From an uncultured Gemmatimonadales bacterium (GTDB taxonomy: Bacteria > Gemmatimonadota > Gemmatimonadetes > Gemmatimonadales > GWC2-71-9): 64,000 nt of DNA. A program made the position numbers and the translations under genes. Shown here one piece after another: positions 28,299 through 38,273 of this stretch (position 1 is the stretch's first letter; the number at the start of each line of letters is the position of its first letter). The notes below the pieces were generated by a model. That model ran no database searches. It was not told the origin of the DNA and saw nothing but the letters and a program-made list of their open reading frames with translations. The stretch spans positions 1,056,001-1,120,000 of the forward strand of contig CAVYSW010000003.1 of the NCBI GenBank assembly GCA_963771275.1, written 5' to 3'.

Positions 28299-29969
28299 TC
28301 AGGTCTGCCTTCTGCTGCTGAGCCGCTTGGCCCGCTCCTTCGAGATGAGCCACTGCTGCGGCAGGCTCGTGAGGTTGCTCACGGCATAGTACAGATTGAG
28401 TCCGGAGGAGAATTTCAGGAAGAGGAACGTGAACATGCCGGGCATGAGATACATCATCATCTTGGTCTGCGGATTGGGTGGCAACCCTCGCTGCCCGATC
28501 CAGGACAGCGCGAACATCGACGCGCCCATCAGGATCGGTATGATGTAGGTCGGGTCCGCGCGCGACAGATCGGGCAGCCAGAGGAACGACACCCCGCGGA
28601 ACTCGATGGTGTTCGCGAACACGAAGAACAGCGCGAACAGCACCGGCATCGGGAGCAGCATCGGCAGGCAACCGCCGAGCGGGTTCACGCCGTGCTCGCG
28701 GTACAGCTTGAGCATCTCCTGCTGCAGTTTCTGCGGCTCGTTCTTGTACTTCTCCTGAATTGCCTTGAGGTCGGGCTGAATCGCCTGCATGGCCGTGGAG
28801 GACCGCATGGCCTTCTGGTTGAGCGGCCAGAGGAGCAGGCGCACCAGGATACCGAACAGGATCAGCACCCAGCCGTATGCGAGGCTGAGCCGCTCATGCA
28901 TCCAGAAGAGAATCGGCAGGATCGCGTAGTCCACCACCGGACGGATGATCGGGCGCAGAATCCACCCGTAGGGATTCACGTCGTTGAGATCATGCCCGAT
29001 GTGCGCGAGGCGGCGGTACTCCTGGGGTCCGAGGTACACGCTGTGCCGGAACCGGCCATCGGGTGACGGCAGGGACGCCGTGATTTCCACGTTGGTCTGG
29101 TACCGTCCGGGCTTCGGACCGCCCACGGCGACGGCTCCGCCGAACCGGGGCTCGCCTTCTTCCAGCGTAAGCACGGCGGCCACGAAGTACTTCGACTTGA
29201 TCGCGATCCATTCGAACGGCCCGACCAGGTCCCGCCGTTGGCCCGGCGAGAGCGAGCGAAAGTCGATCCGCTCGGGACGCCGCGCCTTCGTCACGACGCC
29301 GTAGCTGCGGAAATCGGTGATCGAATCGGCATCCACCGACCGCAGGCCGGGCCCGATGTCCACCGTGAGCAGGCCCTCCCGCGCCCCGACGATCTCCCCC
29401 TCGACTTCGAACCGATAGGTGCCGGGGCTGAAGCGGTAGGTGATCCGGACCTCGCGCCCGCCGCGCCGCGCAACCCAGTGGAGCGCGGTCCCCGGCTGCG
29501 TCACACGCAGTGTGTCCGCGTCCGGCTCGAAGGTCCAGTCGCTCAACCGCAGCGTGTCCGCACCGACCACGAATGCGTAGGCCAGGAACCGCGTGTCGGC
29601 CGGGAGAATCTGGGCCGCGCCGGTCTCACCCGGCGCGAATGATTGGTAGCGCAGCAACGCGGCGGAGATGGGACGAGCGCCGCGGGCCGAGAATGCGTAG
29701 CGGTACAGGTCCCCGGTGACGACCACGGTCCGGGCGACGGCCGTGTCGACCGTGCCGACGGGCTGTGCGGCGGCCGGGGTGGCGACCGGGACGGTGGTCG
29801 GTGGTGGCTGAGACGCGGGCTCGCTGGCGCCGGGCGGCGCCGCGTTTCCCGTCGTATCCGTCACCGCCCCGGCTGGGCTCGGGGCCCCGCGCTCTGGCGG
29901 AAAGAGAAGCGCCGGGAGCACGGCCACCACGACGATCAGGCCGATGGCGAGAAGAAGACGACGGTCCAT
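28299..29969 (-). CDS. yidC: Membrane protein insertase YidC
   Basis: KYF, YLGP, YGW, VRLLLWPL, NPLGGCLPMLL, FLWLPDLS, GLNLYY. Confidence 0.97.
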   Translation of the reverse strand: MDRRLLLAIGLIVVVAVLPALLFPPERGAPSPAGAVTDTTGNAAPPGASEPASQPPPTTVPVATPAAAQPVGTVDTAVARTVVVTGDLYRYAFSARGARPISAALLRYQSFAPGETGAAQILPADTRFLAYAFVVGADTLRLSDWTFEPDADTLRVTQPGTALHWVARRGGREVRITYRFSPGTYRFEVEGEIVGAREGLLTVDIGPGLRSVDADSITDFRSYGVVTKARRPERIDFRSLSPGQRRDLVGPFEWIAIKSKYFVAAVLTLEEGEPRFGGAVAVGGPKPGRYQTNVEITASLPSPDGRFRHSVYLGPQEYRRLAHIGHDLNDVNPYGWILRPIIRPVVDYAILPILFWMHERLSLAYGWVLILFGILVRLLLWPLNQKAMRSSTAMQAIQPDLKAIQEKYKNEPQKLQQEMLKLYREHGVNPLGGCLPMLLPMPVLFALFFVFANTIEFRGVSFLWLPDLSRADPTYIIPILMGASMFALSWIGQRGLPPNPQTKMMMYLMPGMFTFLFLKFSSGLNLYYAVSNLTSLPQQWLISKERAKRLSSRRQT

Positions 29970-29979
29970 GAGTCAGCCG

Positions 29980-30219
29980 TCACGGGACGGGGTCATAGCC
30001 GCTCCCGCCGAAGGGGTGGCACCGCAGGATCCGCCGGGCGCCGAGCCACAGCCCGCGTGCCGCTCCATGCCGCTCCACCGCCTCGAGCGCATAGCTTGAG
30101 CAGCTCGGCGTGAACCGGCAGGGTGACGGAAACGGTGACGCCGCGACCTGATAGACGCGGATCACGGCGGCAATCACGCGGCGGGGCCATGATGCTACGA
30201 ACGCAGCGAGGCGAGCCAT
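29980..30219 (-). CDS. yidD: Membrane protein insertion efficiency factor YidD
   Basis: [24 protein letters not shown]. Confidence 0.95.
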   Translation of the reverse strand: MARLAAFVASWPRRVIAAVIRVYQVAASPFPSPCRFTPSCSSYALEAVERHGAARGLWLGARRILRCHPFGGSGYDPVP

Positions 30220-30539
30220 CGTTCGAGGTCGGCCGCGATATCCCGTGCGGCTGCGTCATAGGCGGCGACCCGGGGCCGTACGATCATGTCGAAAGCAGGG
30301 ACCAGTGGCAGGATGAAGCGTCGCGCATGCTCGCGGACCCGGCGCCGCAGGCGGTTCCTGGCCACCGCCGAACGCCCGAAGCGGGACACCACGACACCGA
30401 GCCTCGGATGCCCCAGGGCGTTGGCTCGCCAGAGAATGTCAAGTCGGCCCGTGCGGCGGCGCGAGCCCGAGGTCAGCACCGCCCTGATCTCCTCCGCTCG
30501 GGTGAGACGCCAGTGCCGAGGGAGCCCCTCGGACGTCAG
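30195..30539 (-). CDS. rnpA: Ribonuclease P protein component (probable CTG start at 30539)
   Basis: [26 protein letters not shown] motif; lies between rpmH and yidD. Confidence 0.9.
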   Translation of the reverse strand: MTSEGLPRHWRLTRAEEIRAVLTSGSRRRTGRLDILWRANALGHPRLGVVVSRFGRSAVARNRLRRRVREHARRFILPLVPAFDMIVRPRVAAYDAAARDIAADLERWLASLRS

Positions 30540-30697
30540 GCCGCTCCGTGCTTGGACGGACGCCGCACGGCCAAGCGCTTGCGTCCCTTCTTGCGCCGGC
30601 GGCTGAGCACGTCACGCCCCCAGCGCGTTTTCATGCGCGCCCGGAAACCGTGCTTGCGGATGCGCCGCTTGTTCCGCGGTCGGTAGGTCGGTTGCAT
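30536..30697 (-). CDS. rpmH: 50S ribosomal protein L34
   Basis: Not in ORF track. [53 protein letters not shown]. Confidence 0.97.
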   Translation of the reverse strand: MQPTYRPRNKRRIRKHGFRARMKTRWGRDVLSRRRKKGRKRLAVRRPSKHGAA

Positions 30698-30720
30698 GGC
30701 TGCCCTCAGTTGAGCCGCAA

Positions 30721-30782
30721 AAGCTACCCGCGCCAGGGCAGCCAGGTCAAGGTTGACTTTTCCACACGCGATGCGTTAACAT
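30721..30782. promoter_or_regulatory. Back-to-back rpmH/dnaA sigma70 promoters with a consensus DnaA box
   Basis: Plus: TTGACT-N18-TAACAT (30753-30782); minus: TTGACC-N18-TAGCTT (30750-30721); TTTTCCACA at 30758-30766. Confidence 0.7.
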
Positions 30783-30822
30783 CGGGCGCCCTTTCGGACC
30801 CCCACCTCGTTCTCAAGAGCAG

Positions 30823-32202
30823 ATGGACCTGTCAGTCAAAGAAGCGTGGACACGCCTGCTCTCTGAAGCTCGGCGTGAATTGCCCGACGCCACCATCAAA
30901 ACCTGGCTGGAGCCGGCGCGACCGGTCGCCTTCGAGGAAGGCAGGTTGGTCGTCGCGGCCCCGGACCAGTTTGCCGTCGAGTGGAACGCGTCGAAGCACG
31001 CTGGCGTGCTCTCCCGCGTTGCCGCCGAAGTGTTCGGCCGGCCGCTCGACATCGTCTTTCAGGTCCAGGAAGAGCGCGCCAGCCGCCCGCAGATGGACTT
31101 CTTCGTTCCGTCTGGCAGCACCGCTCCCGCTGCGGCAAACAGCCGAGCCACGCCACTCAACGAGCGCTACGTCTTCGAGACGTTCGTCATCGGGAAGTGC
31201 AATGAGCTGGCGGCGGCGGCGGCCCATGCGGTGGCCGAAGCCCCGGCCAAGACGTACAATCCGCTCTTCATCTATGGCGCCACCGGCCTCGGCAAGACGC
31301 ATCTCATGCAGGCGATCGCGCACGCCGTCCTGCGCCGTGACCCCGGGATTCGGGTGGCCTACATGGGTGCCGAGCAGTTCGTCAACGAGGCGATCGAGGG
31401 CATCCACGGCCGCACGATGCCGGACTTCCGGCGGCGCTACCGCAGTGAGATGGACATGTTCCTCGTGGACGACGTGCATTTCCTCGAGGGGAAGGAAATG
31501 ACCCAGGAGGAATTCTTCCACACGTTCAACGCGTTGCACGAGGCCAGCAAGCAGATCGTCCTGACGTCCGACCGGCCGCCCAAGGAAATCCCGGGGCTCG
31601 AATCCCGGCTGGTGAGTCGTTTTGAGTGGGGAATGGTGGCCGACATCGGCCAACCGGACCTCGAACACCGGATCGCCATCCTGCGGAAAAAGGCCGAGCA
31701 GGACCACCTCGAGCTCACGATCCCCGACGATGTGTTGCGGTTCATCGCCGAGCACGTCCGGAGCTCCGTCCGCGAGCTCGAGGGCTGCATCATCAAGCTG
31801 TTGCTGTACGCCTCCTTACGACATCGGGAGATCTCGATCGAGCTGGCGCGAGAGGCCTTGTCCGACAAGATCCGCCACAGCGACGGGGCCGCGCCGGACG
31901 CCGGCCGTGCGCTCCCGAGCGTCGCTCGGGTGCAGGAGGTGGTCGCCCGACGCTGGGGCGTCACTCCGGAAGGACTCCGTTCCAAGGTTCGCACCAAGAC
32001 CCTAACCGTCCCACGGCAGGTCGCGATGTTCCTCGCGCGGGATCTCTTGGGGATGCAGCTCGTCGAGATTGGCCAGGCGTTTGGCGGTCGGGACCACTCG
32101 ACGGTGATCCACAGCCTGGGCAAGGTGGAACGGGATATGGTCCGTGATCACCAGTTCCGCGATCGCGTTGAGCTCGCGCGTCGCGAGCTTTCAGCACCGT
32201 AG
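30823..32202 (+). CDS. dnaA: Chromosomal replication initiator DnaA
   Basis: YNPLFIYGATGLGKTHL, DDVHFL, QEEFFHTFN, SRFEWG, GGRDHSTVIH. Confidence 0.99.
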   Translation: MDLSVKEAWTRLLSEARRELPDATIKTWLEPARPVAFEEGRLVVAAPDQFAVEWNASKHAGVLSRVAAEVFGRPLDIVFQVQEERASRPQMDFFVPSGSTAPAAANSRATPLNERYVFETFVIGKCNELAAAAAHAVAEAPAKTYNPLFIYGATGLGKTHLMQAIAHAVLRRDPGIRVAYMGAEQFVNEAIEGIHGRTMPDFRRRYRSEMDMFLVDDVHFLEGKEMTQEEFFHTFNALHEASKQIVLTSDRPPKEIPGLESRLVSRFEWGMVADIGQPDLEHRIAILRKKAEQDHLELTIPDDVLRFIAEHVRSSVRELEGCIIKLLLYASLRHREISIELAREALSDKIRHSDGAAPDAGRALPSVARVQEVVARRWGVTPEGLRSKVRTKTLTVPRQVAMFLARDLLGMQLVEIGQAFGGRDHSTVIHSLGKVERDMVRDHQFRDRVELARRELSAP

Positions 32203-32440
32203 CCAACATTGCTCACAACGGGGCTGGAAGACTGTGGGAACGTTGGCTGTCCTGGGGCAATCGGTGGTGGCTCCACAGGATCTCCCCGGTGACCAACATC
32301 CGCCCGCCCGGGGTTGGACGCACGGTGACAACAAGTTAGGAGAGGGTATCAAGGTTTCCAGAGGCTCTACTACGACGACTAGTCTTATATACTAGTGTAC
32401 TCGTAGTTCAGTAATCCACCGCGCGCAGGGAAAAGTCTCC
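32203..32440. other. Probable oriC (dnaA-dnaN intergenic)
   Basis: Degenerate DnaA boxes; GTTTCCAGA-GGCT-CTACTACGACGACTA trio-like run, then AT-rich CTTATATACTAGT. Confidence 0.75.
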
Positions 32441-33550
32441 ATGAAGTTCACGATTACACGAGAGAAGCTCCAGGAAGGCCTGGTCGCCGTCGCGGCAAGT
32501 GTTCCGGCGAAGACGACGCTTCCCGTACTCTCCAACATCCTCGTGGAGGCGGTGAAGGATGGGATCCGCCTGTCGGGGACCGATCTCGATATCGCGGTCA
32601 GCACACTGGTTCCCGCCGAGGTCGATGCCGAAGGAGCAGTGACGCTCCCGGCCAAGAAGCTACTGGAGATCGTGCGGGAACTGCCCAGTGCCGCCATCCG
32701 GGTGACCGCCGCGGGCGAGCAGCGGGTAAACTTGGAGTGTGGCCGGTCACGCTTCAAGCTGCTTGGCATCCCGCGTGACGAGTTCCCGAGCTTCCCGCCA
32801 GTCCGGTTCGAGAGTCCCTGGACCATCCTGTCCGGCGAGTTGCAGAAACTGATCGGGCACGTGGCATTCGCAGCCTCGACCGAGGAGAGTCGCCCGATTC
32901 TCAACGGCGTTCTCTGGGAGCTGCGCAAGGACCAGATGCGCATGGTGGCCACGAACGGCCACCGGCTTGCCCGTATGGATATGGCCGTTGCCGGTGGGCG
33001 CGCCGCTGCGGACTTCATCGTGCCACCCAAGGCGCTGGACCAGATCCGCCGGCTGTTTGGTGCCGCTGACGAAATCGAGATCGCCAAGAGCGAGAACCAC
33101 CTCGGGTTCCGGAGCGGGCAGACCCTGGTCTACACGCGCCTGATCGAAGGGCCGTACCCGAACTATGAGCAGGTGATTCCGCGGGACAACGATCGGATTG
33201 CGGTGGTCGACAAGATGGCGCTGAGCTCGACGCTGCGGCGGGTGGGGGTCGTGGCGTCCGATCAGACGCACCGCGTCCGGCTCGGGTTCAGCGGCGGCAC
33301 GCTCAAGTTCACGGTCAGCACGCCGGATCTCGGGGAAGCCCAGGACGAGATGGCGGTGACCTACGAGGGCGAGCCGATCGAGATCGGCTTCAACGCCACC
33401 TACCTGCTCGAGATCCTCAAGTACATGCCGACCGACGAGGTCAGGCTGTCGATGAAGGCGCCGGAGCGCGCGGCGACGATCGAGCCCGCTGGGTGGGATG
33501 ATCCGGCGTCGTACCTCTGCCTGGTGATGCCGCTGCGCCTGGTCGACTAA
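32441..33550 (+). CDS. dnaN: DNA polymerase III beta clamp
   Basis: TLPVLSNIL, GTDLD, SRPILNGV, VATNGHRLA, YPNYEQVIP, IGFN, LVMPLR. Confidence 0.99.
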   Translation: MKFTITREKLQEGLVAVAASVPAKTTLPVLSNILVEAVKDGIRLSGTDLDIAVSTLVPAEVDAEGAVTLPAKKLLEIVRELPSAAIRVTAAGEQRVNLECGRSRFKLLGIPRDEFPSFPPVRFESPWTILSGELQKLIGHVAFAASTEESRPILNGVLWELRKDQMRMVATNGHRLARMDMAVAGGRAAADFIVPPKALDQIRRLFGAADEIEIAKSENHLGFRSGQTLVYTRLIEGPYPNYEQVIPRDNDRIAVVDKMALSSTLRRVGVVASDQTHRVRLGFSGGTLKFTVSTPDLGEAQDEMAVTYEGEPIEIGFNATYLLEILKYMPTDEVRLSMKAPERAATIEPAGWDDPASYLCLVMPLRLVD

Positions 33551-33556
33551 GCGTGC

Positions 33557-34381
33557 CTACGGGAAGGTCCGGGTGACCATCGCGGTGAGACTTGCCGTCT
33601 CCAGGTGGGTCACGCCGCCCCGCCGCGCGCCGCTTCCCACGAGCACCGCCTGGTAGGGCAGGCCCACGGAGACGCCGGCGACCAGGCGGTCGATCCGGAG
33701 GTGCTCGTTCAAGTCGAGCACCGCCAGGGCACCGATCGGAACCCTGCCGCGCGTCTGGATGCGGAGTCCCGCCCGGTATGCCATGAGCGCGGACCCGGCA
33801 TCGACGCGGTCGGACGCGTGAGCGTCCGCCGCAAGTTGGACGGCCCCCCCAATGCCGGTCCAGGCCAGTCCGAGCGCGCCGCCGAACCGGAGCGACGAGT
33901 CCCGGACGACGGGCTGGCCGATGTGCTCGACCCTCGCCGCGAGCTCGAGCGACGGCGCCAGCCGGTATCGCATGCCGATGTCCACGTCCTGTTTGCGGCT
34001 CGCACCGCTGTACAGCGAGACTGCCGCGCCGATGCCCACTCGACCTGCGGCACGCCCGAAGCCGAATCGCCAGGTGTTGCCCGCCGCGCCATTCTGGAAC
34101 CGGTCACGCCGGTAGCCGGCGCTGAAGCCGCGGCTGCTGAGTCCTGCCGTGTATTGCGCGACGGGGTATCCGCCTGCGGTGTCACGCTCGACCATGATCT
34201 CCGCCATCAGCGAGGCCTCGCGCACCGTCCCGAGCCCTCCCGGATCGACCCAGAGCGCGCGGGCTCCCCAGACTGTCGTGGGCAACAGGTAGTCCGCGGA
34301 ACGGGGGCCGCGATACTGGGCATGGGCCGGTGCCGCACACAGCGCCAGGAGCCACAGGACCGGGCAAGCGCGTAGTCTCAC
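33557..34381 (-). CDS. Exported hypothetical protein, possible outer-membrane beta-barrel
   Basis: GTG 34381 overlaps upstream TGA; signal peptide ending AHA-Q; ALWVDPGGL; alternating amphipathic strands. Confidence 0.6.
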   Translation of the reverse strand: MRLRACPVLWLLALCAAPAHAQYRGPRSADYLLPTTVWGARALWVDPGGLGTVREASLMAEIMVERDTAGGYPVAQYTAGLSSRGFSAGYRRDRFQNGAAGNTWRFGFGRAAGRVGIGAAVSLYSGASRKQDVDIGMRYRLAPSLELAARVEHIGQPVVRDSSLRFGGALGLAWTGIGGAVQLAADAHASDRVDAGSALMAYRAGLRIQTRGRVPIGALAVLDLNEHLRIDRLVAGVSVGLPYQAVLVGSGARRGGVTHLETASLTAMVTRTFP

Positions 34382-35196
34382 GACGCGACCCTCAGGGTGT
34401 CGGTGGTCCACTGGGTTACCGGGATGGTGATCCCGACCCCGGAAAGGTCGATCTCCATGGTCACGCTGTCTGCGCGGTTGCCGCCGATCAGACGGCCGTC
34501 GGCGGAGAGATAGTGGCGCCCGTGCCCGCGCCCCGTTCCGGTGACCGTGAACGCCTGACCGGCCTGCGCGCCGCTCCCGCTGATCTCGATCGTCGCATCC
34601 GTCTGGATCTCGAGAGCCTGCACCGCGCCAAGCGTCGTCCATGCGGGACTGCTGCGCGTGTTGATGGACCGAACACGGATGTCAGCGCCGCCACTCATGC
34701 CCTGGGCGTCCGTCGTGTCGGTCCATCGCGCTCCGGCCGTGACGCCCGCACGGGGCGTTCCCGGGAAGAAGTCCTGGATCAGGAAGGCGATCTGCTGAAG
34801 CAGCGGGTTCGCGGGGTCACCGCCGCGGAGCTCGGTGAGGAGGCCGCCCGGCAGCAGCGTGGCGTCGAATCGCGCACCGCGCGCGCCCGCCACGACCTCG
34901 GGGGGAAAGACGGGCCCCCCCTCGAGCGAGATCGAGTCGATGACGAAGGTGGCCACGCGCGCGCTGTCCCCGGCGAGCGAAACGGTGAGCGCGACCCGCG
35001 TCGCAAGATCCGTCGTGAGCGGCTGCCCCTGGAACATCTGCTCGACGTGGCGGTGCTGCACGACCTGATAGACTATCGAAGACGGCTGGTAACGAACCGC
35101 CGCCGGATGCACGGGGGTGGGGGCTGCGGTCGGTGCAGGTTGGGCGCCGCGAACGCACGAGGCAAGGACGAAGGCGGCGACGGGCAGGCGGCGCAT
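34378..35196 (-). CDS. Hypothetical beta-rich lipoprotein
   Basis: MRRLPVAAFVLASC lipobox; beta-strand-rich body. Confidence 0.7.
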   Translation of the reverse strand: MRRLPVAAFVLASCVRGAQPAPTAAPTPVHPAAVRYQPSSIVYQVVQHRHVEQMFQGQPLTTDLATRVALTVSLAGDSARVATFVIDSISLEGGPVFPPEVVAGARGARFDATLLPGGLLTELRGGDPANPLLQQIAFLIQDFFPGTPRAGVTAGARWTDTTDAQGMSGGADIRVRSINTRSSPAWTTLGAVQALEIQTDATIEISGSGAQAGQAFTVTGTGRGHGRHYLSADGRLIGGNRADSVTMEIDLSGVGITIPVTQWTTDTLRVAS

Positions 35197-35273
35197 GGCA
35201 TTCCCTCGGTCACCCAGAACGCATCAGCGGCGGGGTGTCTCGACTGCGATGGACCGTACCAGAGGACGGAAGC

Positions 35274-35630
35274 GGGCGGGGCCGTAAGCCGAGTTCTGTG
35301 CACCCTTGCGAGTGCCAACGGTCATCTCTCTGGGATGCCGGTCGCCCGGCACCTCTAGCGGCCTACCCGCGGCTCAGGCGGTCCGGGCCGGACCATCGCC
35401 GCCTATTTGGCCTTGCTCCCGCTGGGGGTGACCGTGCCACGCACTGTTGCCAGGCGTGCGGTGGGCTCTTACCCCGCCGTTTCACCCTTACCCGCGTTGC
35501 CGCGGGCGGTCTGATTTCTGTGGCCCTGTCCGTCGCCTCTCGGCGCCCAGGTGTTACCTGGCAGCGTGCCCTGCGGAGCTCGGACTTTCCTCGGCCCGGC
35601 GAACCGGACCGCGACCGTCTCACCCCGCCC
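35274..35630 (-). ncRNA. rnpB: RNase P RNA (type A)
   Basis: Minus strand has GAGGAAAGTCCGAGC, GCCACAGAAA, GGGTGAAACGGCGGGGTAAGAGCCCAC, ACAGAACTCGGCTTAC; complementary P1 ends. Confidence 0.97.
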
Positions 35631-35784
35631 CTCCGTCCGCCCGGAAGATAGCCCCTCCGCGGGCAGCCGCACCAGCGACGTGCGGTCGATTGCTGTGGCC
35701 CGGCAACGGAGGGGGTGGCGTGGGATGGCCGCGCCGTTGAGCCGCCGTTGAGCGTGCGCCCGTAGCGTCCGCGCCCAGCTGATC

Positions 35785-36663
35785 ATGGGTGAGGGATCCG
35801 TGCGCGTGCTCGAATCGAGAATGACGATCGCCACCGTGTTGGAGCCCGCGGACCGGCCGCGTTTTGAGGCCGCCGCGGGCGATCGGGTGTCGACGATTCA
35901 TGCGGAGTCGGTGGCGGACGCCATTCGCAAGGTGCGCGAGCGCCCGGTGGACGCGGTGCTGCTTTCCGCGGAGTACGTTCCCAAGGAGCAGGTCCCGACG
36001 GTGGCGTCTCTTGTCCGGAGGTTCCCGGCCGTGCCGGCGGTCGCCGTCGTCTCACGACACGACGCGTGCTCCAGCGAGCGTCTGCTCGATCTGGGGGCGT
36101 CGGGCGTACGCCGCGTGCTCGACCTCAGCCAGCGTGACGGTTGGGCCCGCTTGCGGGATCTCCTGTCCCACCCCGCGTCGCCGGTATCCGCCGCCATCCT
36201 CGCGCGCGTCATGCCTGAGCTGGATGGCGCGGCGGCGGACTGCCGCGTGTGCTTCCAGTCGCTCATACGCCTCGCACCCGGTGCCCCGACCGTGCGCGCG
36301 TTGTGTCGTCAGTTTGGCGTGCGCCCGAGCACGTTCATGTCGCGCTTCTTCCGCGCCGGCCTGCCTTCACCCAAGCGCTACCTGGCGGTGGTCCGGCTTG
36401 TCTACGTGGCGGCGCTGCTCGAGACGCGGGGACTGTCGGTCGCCGACGTGGCCTACCGCCTCGAGTACTCGTCACCCCAGAGCTTCGGGCGCCACCTCCG
36501 GGCCCTCACCGGCCTGACGGCCAGCGCCTTCCGACGGGGCACCACCTTCGGCTCGGCGCTCGAGGCGTTCGTCAGCCAGCTGATCGTCCCGTTTCGGGCG
36601 ACGTTGCGTGCCTTCCATCCTCTCAACAGTGACGGGGTGGTCGCACTTGGACGCGGCACGTAG
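35785..36663 (+). CDS. AraC-type HTH regulator with degenerate receiver-like N-terminus
   Basis: SPKRYL, LSVADVAYRLEYSSPQSFGRHLR...GLTASAFR; alternative ATG 35821. Confidence 0.8.
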   Translation: MGEGSVRVLESRMTIATVLEPADRPRFEAAAGDRVSTIHAESVADAIRKVRERPVDAVLLSAEYVPKEQVPTVASLVRRFPAVPAVAVVSRHDACSSERLLDLGASGVRRVLDLSQRDGWARLRDLLSHPASPVSAAILARVMPELDGAAADCRVCFQSLIRLAPGAPTVRALCRQFGVRPSTFMSRFFRAGLPSPKRYLAVVRLVYVAALLETRGLSVADVAYRLEYSSPQSFGRHLRALTGLTASAFRRGTTFGSALEAFVSQLIVPFRATLRAFHPLNSDGVVALGRGT

Positions 36664-36702
36664 CGTCGCTCGGGACGGGGCGAAGGCAGGGGGTACGGCG
36701 GT

Positions 36703-37259
36703 TCAGCGGATCAGGTCGGCCATGCGGACGAGCGCCGCCACGCGGTGGCCCGCCGCCTCGATCGCCTCACGGCCTCCCTCCTCGCGGTCGACGACCGCCA
36801 GGACGCCCAGCACGTGGCCCCCTGCGGCGCGGATCGCCTCGATCGCCTTGAGGGCGGATGCGCCGGTCGTGATCACGTCCTCCACGGCGACGACCGTGCC
36901 GCCACTCAGGAACGGGCCCTCGATCCGGCGTCCGGTGCCATGGTCCTTCGGCGCCTTGCGCACGGTGAAGCCATCCACGACCGGGGGCCGCCGGGCGCTG
37001 GCGGCCGCGATCGCGTATGCGACCGGGTCCGCGCCCAGCGTGAGGCCACCCACGAGCGTGGGTGCCCAGCCGGCGTTGCGGATTGCTGCGAGCCCGAGAT
37101 CGCCGACGAGCACCATGCCGCGGGCGGACATCGTGGTCTGGCGGGCGTCGACGTAGTAGGGAGACTGGCGTCCGGAGGCGAGGGTGAAGGTCCCGCGGCG
37201 GAACGAGCGCTCGCGCAGCAGTGCCACGAGCTCCGCGCGGGCCGTGTCGTCCGGCGCCG

Positions 37260-37263
<4 letters not shown>
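36703..37263 (-). CDS. pyrE: Orotate phosphoribosyltransferase
   Basis: FTLASGRQSPYYVD, VRKAPKDHG, VEDVITTGAS; GTG 37263 overlaps kinase stop. Confidence 0.93.
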
Positions 37264-38213
<950 letters not shown>

Positions 38214-38273
38214 GTCGGCGGCAAACTAAGCGTCGTACTTGAACTTGAGCAAGTCGTGGGGTTACGTACCTTC

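Noticed and set aside
30540..30700. Thermus-style rnpA fully overlapping rpmH
   Set aside because: The rnpA frame has a TGA at 30612-30614 inside rpmH
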